Origin: Geodermatophilaceae bacterium
GTDB taxonomy: Bacteria; Actinomycetota; Actinomycetes; Mycobacteriales; Geodermatophilaceae
Reading direction: 5' to 3'
Length of the DNA stretch: 53,535 nucleotides
Assembly (NCBI GenBank): GCA_013695665.1
Contig: JACDAB010000176.1
Location: forward strand, 1-53,535
The notes beneath the pieces are model-generated. The model saw only the letters and a list, made by a program, of their open reading frames with translations, did not search any database and was not told where the DNA came from. Every line of letters starts with the position of its first letter. Position 1 is the first letter of the stretch. This document shows, one piece after another, positions 45,835 through 53,535 of this stretch. Both the position numbers and the translations under genes were made by a program.

Positions 45835-46071
45835 CTACTGCAGGTAGCCCTCGACCTCGTCGGCCGGCCGCCGTTTCGCGCGGTCCGGATCGGCGCCGGC
45901 CTGTCGGAGGGCGTCGCGTTGACGGAGCTGATCCCACAACTGGTCCAGCCCCACCTCCAGACCCTGGAGCCGGGTCCGGTCCTCGGGGCTGAGCCCGTCC
46001 GGGTTATGCCGGAGCCGGTGCTCCTCCTCGACGAGTGAACTGATCCGGGCCCTGATCTCGCTGTCATCCAT
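45835..46071 (-). CDS. DUF2630 family protein
   Basis: 78 aa from ATG at 46071: MDDSEIRARISSLVEEEHRLRHNPDGLSPEDRTRLQGLEVGLDQLWDQLRQR..., the typical DUF2630 sequence. The remainder of ORF 45835..46806 is antisense to the next gene. Confidence 0.8.
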   Translation of the reverse strand: MDDSEIRARISSLVEEEHRLRHNPDGLSPEDRTRLQGLEVGLDQLWDQLRQRDALRQAGADPDRAKRRPADEVEGYLQ

Positions 46072-46140
46072 GGCCCGATCCTTGCTGGCCCGGTCCAGCC
46101 GCGCCACCTGGATCGGGACCAGACCCGGTACGTTCCGCTC

Positions 46141-47145
46141 GTGAGCCGGTGGGAGCAAGAAGCAGAGACGATCGCCACGGAGACCGGGTTTTCCGGCGTC
46201 GTGCGGGTGGACATCGACGATGCCGTCGCGTTGGTCAAAGCATTCGGATTGGCGCATCGCGGCTACGGGGTGGCCAACACGGCGGATACACAGTTCGGGA
46301 TCGCTAGCGGCGGCAAGACCTTGACGGCGTTGGCTGTGGTGAGCCTGATCGACGACGGCGTGCTCGACCTGGGCACGACCGCCCGATCGGTGCTCGGCGA
46401 CGACCTGCCCTTGATCGGCCCCGAGGTGACCGTCGAGCATCTGCTGACCCACCGGTCCGGCATCGGGGACTACATCGACGAGGATGAGGAAGGCGACAGC
46501 GCGGACTACGTGTTGCCTGTTTCCGTCCACGAACTCGCCGAGACGGAGCAGTTCCTTCGCGTGCTGGACGGGTATCCGCCGAAATTCGCACCGGACGAGC
46601 GGTTCTCGTACTGCAACGGCGGGTACGTCGTCCTCGCCCTGATCGCCGAGCGGAGCAGTGGCATCCCCTACCACCAGCTCGTGCGCGAGCGGGTGTGTGG
46701 GCCGGCGGGTATGCGCGACACCGACTTCCTGCGCTCCGACGAGCTCGCCGCTCGCGCCGCCCGCGGCTACCTCACCGTCGATGGACCGCGCACGAACATC
46801 TTCCACCTACCCGTCGTCGCCACCGGCGACGGCGGCATCTACTCCACTGCCGCTGACATCCATTCGATGTGGGCGGCGCTGTTCGGGGGACGGATCGTGG
46901 CGCCGGACCGGGTCGCTGAAATGGTGCGTCCCCGAAGCGAGGTGCCGGAGGAATCGGCGCGCTACGGCATGGGGTTCTGGCTGGACGAATCGGGCCCTGC
47001 GGTGATGTTGGTGGGCGGCGACGCGGGGGTCTCCTTCCGCACCGTCCACGATCCGGTCGCTCGCGTCACGCACACGGTGCTGTCGAACACCTCAAACGGC
47101 GCCTGGGCGATGACCCGCCGCCTCGACGAACTGCTTCGCTCCTAG
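46141..47145 (+). CDS. Serine hydrolase, beta-lactamase/transpeptidase-like family
   Basis: 334 aa with a GTG start. It has the SxxK motif in FGIASGGKTLTA and a YxN-like YCNGGY. Confidence 0.85.
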   Translation: MSRWEQEAETIATETGFSGVVRVDIDDAVALVKAFGLAHRGYGVANTADTQFGIASGGKTLTALAVVSLIDDGVLDLGTTARSVLGDDLPLIGPEVTVEHLLTHRSGIGDYIDEDEEGDSADYVLPVSVHELAETEQFLRVLDGYPPKFAPDERFSYCNGGYVVLALIAERSSGIPYHQLVRERVCGPAGMRDTDFLRSDELAARAARGYLTVDGPRTNIFHLPVVATGDGGIYSTAADIHSMWAALFGGRIVAPDRVAEMVRPRSEVPEESARYGMGFWLDESGPAVMLVGGDAGVSFRTVHDPVARVTHTVLSNTSNGAWAMTRRLDELLRS

Positions 47146-47179
47146 TTTGGCTGGCCGGTCATCCCCTACCGGCCACGCG

Positions 47180-48331
47180 CTACAAGCCCAGCTCGCGGGC
47201 GATGACCATCCGCTGGACCTCCGACGTACCTTCCCCGATCTCCAGGATCTTCGAGTCCCGCCACATCCGTGCCACCGGGAACTCGTTCATGAAGCCGTAT
47301 CCGCCGTGCACCTGGGTTGCCTCGCGGGCGTTGGTGACCGCGATCTCCGAGGCGTACAGCTTGGCGATCGCTGCCTCGCGCTTGAACGGCTCGCCGCGCA
47401 GCATCTTCTCAGCCGCCCGGTAGTAGGACAGCCGGGCGGTCGACGCCCGCATGTCCATGTCGGCGATCTTGAACGCTATCGCCTGGTTCTTCCCGATCGG
47501 GTGACCGAAGGCCTCCCGGTCATTGGCGTATCGAACGCTCTCGTCGAGGCACCCCTGCGCCAACCCCACCGACAGCGCGGCGATGGCGATCCGGCCCTCG
47601 TCGAGGATCGACAGGAACTGCGCGAAACCTCGACCCTGCTCGCCGACGAGATTGTCGGCGGGGACCCGGCAGTCGTCGAAGGACAGCTCCCGGGTGTCCG
47701 AGGCGTTCCAGCCGACCTTGGAGTACTTCTTGCTGACCGTGAACCCCGGCGTACCGGACGGCACGAGGATCGCGGAGATCTCCTTGCGGCCGTTGGCTTG
47801 TTCCCCGGTGACGGCGGTGACGGTGACGAAGCCGGTGATGTCGGTGCCGGAGTTGGTGATGAACGCCTTGGTGCCGTTGACTACCCACTCGTCGCCGTCC
47901 AGACGCGCCGTGGTCCTGGTCGCACCGGCGTCCGAGCCGCCGCCGGGTTCGGTCAGCCCGAAGGCCCCCAGCAGCTCCCCGCTGCACAGCCGCGGCAGCC
48001 ACTCCTGCTTCTGCTGCTCGGTGCCGTAGCGGAAGATCGGCATCGCGCCCAACGAGACTCCGGCCTCGAGCGTGATCGCCACCGAGGAGTCGACGCGGGC
48101 GAGTTCCTCGAGGGCGATGCAGAGCGCGAAGTAGTCGCCGCCCATCCCGCCGTACTCCTCGGGGAACGGCAGCCCGAACAGGCCCATCTTCCCCATCTGG
48201 GCGACGATCTCGTACGGGAACTCGTTGCGCTCGTAGTAGTCGCCGATGACCGGCGCCACCACTTCGACAGCGAATTCGCGCACCGTCGTGCGCAGCGCCT
48301 CCAGCTCCTCGTCCAGCCGGTAATCCAACAT
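47180..48331 (-). CDS. Acyl-CoA dehydrogenase (isovaleryl-CoA dehydrogenase-like by context)
   Basis: 383 aa with a GGGGAGAA SD. GAFGLTEPGGGSDA, a C-terminal QVHGGYGF..E region and the catalytic Glu region IGEGTSEVQ are present. Substrate is inferred from the neighbouring MCCase/HMG-CoA lyase genes. Confidence 0.9.
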   Translation of the reverse strand: MLDYRLDEELEALRTTVREFAVEVVAPVIGDYYERNEFPYEIVAQMGKMGLFGLPFPEEYGGMGGDYFALCIALEELARVDSSVAITLEAGVSLGAMPIFRYGTEQQKQEWLPRLCSGELLGAFGLTEPGGGSDAGATRTTARLDGDEWVVNGTKAFITNSGTDITGFVTVTAVTGEQANGRKEISAILVPSGTPGFTVSKKYSKVGWNASDTRELSFDDCRVPADNLVGEQGRGFAQFLSILDEGRIAIAALSVGLAQGCLDESVRYANDREAFGHPIGKNQAIAFKIADMDMRASTARLSYYRAAEKMLRGEPFKREAAIAKLYASEIAVTNAREATQVHGGYGFMNEFPVARMWRDSKILEIGEGTSEVQRMVIARELGL

Positions 48332-48340
48332 GGTTCTCCC

Positions 48341-49264
48341 CTACTGTGAAAGTGCCTGTACGACGCGGGACACGCTCGGCCGGCCCAGTTGCTCGCTCAT
48401 CCAGACGCTCGTTCGGGCCAGTTCGGTCAGGTCGACCCCGGTGTCGATACCCATCCCGTGCAGCTGCCAGACCAGGTCCTCGGTGGCGAGGTTTCCGGTC
48501 GCGCTCTCCGCGTAGGGGCAGCCACCGAGCCCGCCCGCCGAGGCGTCCACCGTCGTGACGCCGGCCTGCAGCGCGGCAAGGGTGTTCGACAACGCTTGCC
48601 CGTAGGTGTCGTGGAAGTGTACGGCGAGCGTTCCCACGCTGGCCCCAGCGTCGATGAACGACCCCAGCAGCGCCTGCACCTGCCCCGGCGTACCCACGCC
48701 GATCGTGTCACCGAGTGACAGTTCGGTGCAGCCGAGGTCGAGCAGCTGCCGCCCGACCCGGGTGACCTGCTCGATCGGGACCTGGCCCTCCCACGGATCG
48801 CCGAAGCACATCGACAGGTAGCCCCGCACCGCCAGCCCGGCCGCCCGCGCCCGGCGCACGACCGGCTCGAACATCAGGAGTTGCCCGTCCAGGCTGCGGT
48901 TGAGGTTCTTCTGCGCGAACGTCTCCGTCGCGCTCGCGAAGATCGCGATGTCCGCGACACCGAGCTCGAGCGCGCGGTCCAGCCCCCGTTCGTTGGGGAC
49001 CAGTACCGGATACCGCACGCCGTCCGCACGCTTCAGGTCCCGCAGGAGTACGTCGGCGTCCGCAAGCTGTGGCACCCACCTGGGATGCACGAGGCTGGTC
49101 ACCTCGATCGTGCGCAGCCCGGCGGCAACCAGCCGCTCGATGAACTGCGCCTTGACCTCGACCGGAATCGTGGCCTTCTCGTTCTGCAGGCCGTCTCGGG
49201 GGCCCACCTCATAGATCGTGACCCGCTCCGGCAGTCCGGGCAGTGGTGTCGGCACGTGCGTCAC
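48341..49264 (-). CDS. Hydroxymethylglutaryl-CoA lyase
   Basis: 307 aa. [15 protein letters not shown], the [12 protein letters not shown] metal-binding motif and GLGGCPYA are all present. The GTG start overlaps the upstream stop (GTGA). Confidence 0.92.
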   Translation of the reverse strand: MTHVPTPLPGLPERVTIYEVGPRDGLQNEKATIPVEVKAQFIERLVAAGLRTIEVTSLVHPRWVPQLADADVLLRDLKRADGVRYPVLVPNERGLDRALELGVADIAIFASATETFAQKNLNRSLDGQLLMFEPVVRRARAAGLAVRGYLSMCFGDPWEGQVPIEQVTRVGRQLLDLGCTELSLGDTIGVGTPGQVQALLGSFIDAGASVGTLAVHFHDTYGQALSNTLAALQAGVTTVDASAGGLGGCPYAESATGNLATEDLVWQLHGMGIDTGVDLTELARTSVWMSEQLGRPSVSRVVQALSQ

Positions 49265-51249
49265 TTCTCCTGTGCAGAGATCGTCGCGACCGGCGCGCCC
49301 AGGGCAACCCGCTGTCCACTGTGGACGAAGAGCTCCGCGACCGCCCCATCGGACGGCGCGAGGACAGCGTGTTCCATCTTCATCGCCTCGACGACCACGA
49401 GCGACTGGCCGGCCGTGACCGCGTCCCCGACGGCCACCCGAACCATGGTGACGATCCCTGGCATCGGGGAGAGGATCGGGCCGCCGGTCGCCGGGGAGTC
49501 GTGCCGTGCGGCCGCCAGCCGCTCCTGCTCACGGACCGCCCAGGTCCGCCCGTCGCGCCCCAGCCATACGACATCCCCGTCCTCGGCGTAGGCGTAGCTG
49601 TGGGTGCGGCCGGCGTACGAGGTCCGGAGCATCTCGCCGATGCGCTCGACGCTGGCCGGGAACGGCGGTGTCTCGCCCACGGCGACCTCGGCGGACGAGG
49701 CGCGGCCGCGAACGCGCACGTCGACGGCCTCGTGTCCCTGAACCTGCATCAGCCAGCTCGCCCAGGACGCCTCCCCGACCCGCCAGCCTCCGGGGATGTC
49801 GAACGGGTCGACAACGGCGCTCACCGGCTCCAGGTCGATCAGGCGCTCCAGTGCGGCGGCGGCCAGGACGTCCTCGGGTACGTCGTCGTCGACCAGCGCG
49901 TCCACGCGGCGCGCGACCAGCCCGGTGTCCAGCCGTCCGGCGACGACGTCCGGTTCGGAGCAGAGGGCGCGGAGGAAGGCGATGTTGGTGCGCACGCCGA
50001 GGACGACGGTCTCGGCGAGCGCGGCGTCCAGGCGGCTCAGGGCGGTAGACCGATCCGGCGCCCAGGCGATCACCTTCGCGAGCATGGGGTCATAGTCGCT
50101 GCCGATCGTCACACCCTCCCGCAGCCCCGAATCGACGCGGACATGCGGCAGGTCCGGCTCGCGCAGGACGCGCACCGTGCCGCCGGTCGGGAGGAAACCA
50201 TTGGCGGGGTCCTCGGCGTAGATCCGGGCCTCGACTGCATGACCGGACAGCTCGATGTCGTCCTGGCCGAACGTCAGCGGCTCGCCGGCGGCCACTCGGA
50301 TCTGCTGCTCGACCAGATCCAAGCCGGTCACCAATTCGGTCACGGGGTGCTCGACCTGCAGCCGGGTGTTCATCTCCATGAAGAAGAACTCCCCCGGCCG
50401 GTCGGCCGAGACGATGAACTCGACCGTTCCGGCGCCGGTGTAACCGACCGCCCGGGCCGCCTCGACCGCCGCAGCTCCCATCTGGGAACGGGTGGCGGAG
50501 TCGAGGAGGACCGAGGGCGCCTCTTCGATGATCTTCTGGTGTCGACGCTGCAGGCTGCACTCGCGCTCACCCAGATGCAGGACGGTGCCGTGCTGGTCGG
50601 CGAGCAGCTGGATCTCGATGTGCCGAGGCGTCTGAACGAGCCGCTCGATGAGCAGGGTGTCGTCGCCGAAGGCTCCGCGGGCCTCGCGGCGGGCGCCGGC
50701 GATCGCCTCGGCGAGTGCGGCCGGCTCGGCCACCTGCCGCATGCCCTTGCCACCACCGCCGGCCGAGGGCTTGAGCAGGACCGGGTAGCCGATCTCCCCC
50801 GCCGCCGCAACCAGGTCCGCGTCGGTGAGCCCGGGTCGGTGCCGGCCGGGAACGACCGGTACGCCGGCCGCCTCGACCGTCTGCTTGGCCCGGATCTTGT
50901 CCCCCATCGCCTCGATGGCACTCGCCGGCGGCCCGATGAACACGAGCCCGGCGTCGGTACAGGCACCGACGAAGTCGGCGTTCTCGGCCAGGAATCCGTA
51001 GCCGGGGTGGATCGCCTGCGCGCGGCTGGAAATCGCGGCCTCGACGATGCGTTCGATGCTCAGATAGCTGTCGGCTGCCGCAGCCGGCCCGACCCGTACG
51101 GCGGCGTCGGCCTCGCGGACATGACGAGCATCCCGATCCGCATCGGAGTAGACGGCGACGGAGCGGATGCCCATCGCGCGCAGCGTGCGGATGACACGCA
51201 CGGCGATCTCACCACGGTTGGCGATCAGGACTGTCTGGAACATCAGCAT
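49261..51249 (-). CDS. Biotin-dependent acyl-CoA carboxylase alpha subunit (biotin carboxylase + BCCP; methylcrotonyl-CoA carboxylase-like)
   Basis: 662 aa. Features: [16 protein letters not shown], the ATP-grasp core and the C-terminal biotinyl-lysine motif VVEAMKMEH. Confidence 0.92.
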   Translation of the reverse strand: MLMFQTVLIANRGEIAVRVIRTLRAMGIRSVAVYSDADRDARHVREADAAVRVGPAAAADSYLSIERIVEAAISSRAQAIHPGYGFLAENADFVGACTDAGLVFIGPPASAIEAMGDKIRAKQTVEAAGVPVVPGRHRPGLTDADLVAAAGEIGYPVLLKPSAGGGGKGMRQVAEPAALAEAIAGARREARGAFGDDTLLIERLVQTPRHIEIQLLADQHGTVLHLGERECSLQRRHQKIIEEAPSVLLDSATRSQMGAAAVEAARAVGYTGAGTVEFIVSADRPGEFFFMEMNTRLQVEHPVTELVTGLDLVEQQIRVAAGEPLTFGQDDIELSGHAVEARIYAEDPANGFLPTGGTVRVLREPDLPHVRVDSGLREGVTIGSDYDPMLAKVIAWAPDRSTALSRLDAALAETVVLGVRTNIAFLRALCSEPDVVAGRLDTGLVARRVDALVDDDVPEDVLAAAALERLIDLEPVSAVVDPFDIPGGWRVGEASWASWLMQVQGHEAVDVRVRGRASSAEVAVGETPPFPASVERIGEMLRTSYAGRTHSYAYAEDGDVVWLGRDGRTWAVREQERLAAARHDSPATGGPILSPMPGIVTMVRVAVGDAVTAGQSLVVVEAMKMEHAVLAPSDGAVAELFVHSGQRVALGAPVATISAQEK

Positions 51250-51256
51250 CAGCAGG

Positions 51257-52870
<1,614 letters not shown>

Positions 52871-52951
52871 CTGCGCCCCCAGGATTGGTTAGTCGTCACT
52901 AGCGCTCCACAGGTTAGCAGCCGTTAACATGAGCGGCTAGCATCCTTGATC

Positions 52952-53533
52952 ATGATGGCTGCTTCCGGCGTACTCCGGGCGACGGGAAGCCGACGCGAGG
53001 CCATCCTCGACGAAGCCGCCAAGCTGTTCGCCGACCGCGGCTTCCACGGTGTCGGCGTCGACGACATCGGCGCTTCGGTGGGAATTTCAGGCCCCGGCAT
53101 CTACCGGCATTTCGCGAGCAAGGACTCGATGCTGGCCGAGATGCTGGTCCGGATCAGTGAACGGCTGCTGGCCGAGGGCACTGCCCGAGCCGGGGCTGCA
53201 CTGGACTCATTGACCGCACTGGACGCCCTCATCGGTTGGCATATCGAATTCGCCCTGGCCAACCCGGCCCTCATCGTCGTACACGACCGGGATCTGGCGC
53301 ACGTCGCGGAACCGGACCGGCGGCGGGTGCGCCGGCTGCAGCGACGCTACGTGGAGGTCTGGGTGGATGTGCTCCGCCGCCTGGACCCCGCCAGGACCGA
53401 GCAGGCGGCTCGGGCAGCCGCGCACGCGGTCTTCGGACTGCTGAACTCCACACCGCACAGCGCGCAGTCGCTACCACGCCAGGAGATGGCCGCCCTGCTG
53501 CACCGGATGGCCGCCGCCGCGCTGCTCGCCTGA
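52952..53533 (+). CDS. TetR/AcrR-family transcriptional regulator
   Basis: 193 aa from ATG at 52952 (TTG 52946 and ATG 52955 are also possible). The HTH is REAILDEAAKLFADRGFHGVGVDDIGASVGISGPGIYRHFASK. It is divergent from the carboxylase operon. Confidence 0.88.
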   Translation: MMAASGVLRATGSRREAILDEAAKLFADRGFHGVGVDDIGASVGISGPGIYRHFASKDSMLAEMLVRISERLLAEGTARAGAALDSLTALDALIGWHIEFALANPALIVVHDRDLAHVAEPDRRRVRRLQRRYVEVWVDVLRRLDPARTEQAARAAAHAVFGLLNSTPHSAQSLPRQEMAALLHRMAAAALLA

Positions 53534-53535
53534 GC

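Noticed and set aside
45835-46806. 323-aa minus-strand ORF
   Set aside because: Only the C-terminal 78 codons (from ATG 46071) match DUF2630. The rest is antisense to the beta-lactamase-family gene.

Overview
High-G+C actinobacterial chromosomal segment (G+C not computed; mycothiol-type enzymes are present). It is densely coding: about 60 protein genes and 3 tRNAs. I saw no rRNA, no CRISPR array and no recognisable transposase or integrase. The ORF track renders GTG/TTG starts as M, so many starts were refined by hand from family N-termini and Shine-Dalgarno (SD) motifs.

Positions 1-34 kb are a conserved housekeeping block. From memory it is colinear with M. tuberculosis Rv2444c-Rv2478c: rne (5' end only), TIGR03936/TIGR03960 radical-SAM pair, ndk, DUF4233, folC, (valS absent), clpX, clpP2, clpP1, tig, tRNA-Pro/tRNA-Gly, Eis-like GNAT, nei, rpiB, DUF429, Rv2466c-like DsbA protein, pepN, DUF5130, small TM protein, amidase, kynU, HNH, prolyl oligopeptidase, MscS, MFS, glbO, GH13 alpha-glucosidase, hypothetical, two hotdog thioesterases, ettA, ssb paralog.

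Positions 34-47 kb look more accessory:
- mycothiol-dependent isomerase-family protein
- ArsR-SRPBCC-MFS operon
- orphan ACP-KAS pair with a divergent thioesterase
- tRNA-Arg whose 3' end is tandemly duplicated, next to a decayed sulfatase fragment
- two single-barrel MetE-like genes flanking a GNAT
- an uncharacterised 485-aa SAM-methyltransferase-fold protein
- a disulfide oxidoreductase, flavin reductase, DUF2630 and a beta-lactamase-family hydrolase

Positions 47-53.5 kb hold a leucine/isovalerate catabolic cluster (acyl-CoA dehydrogenase, HMG-CoA lyase, methylcrotonyl-CoA carboxylase alpha/beta) with a divergent TetR regulator.

The best candidate for something undescribed is the minus-strand cassette at 41.1-45.1 kb. 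It combines a disulfide oxidoreductase, a 485-aa MidA/DUF185-like methyltransferase-fold protein and a translationally juxtaposed core-MetE. Secondary items are a 46-codon ORF overlap-coupled (GTGA at both junctions) between the two radical-SAM-system genes, the tRNA-Arg duplication with its pseudogene scar, and a strong-SD 14-codon uORF ahead of the flavin reductase.
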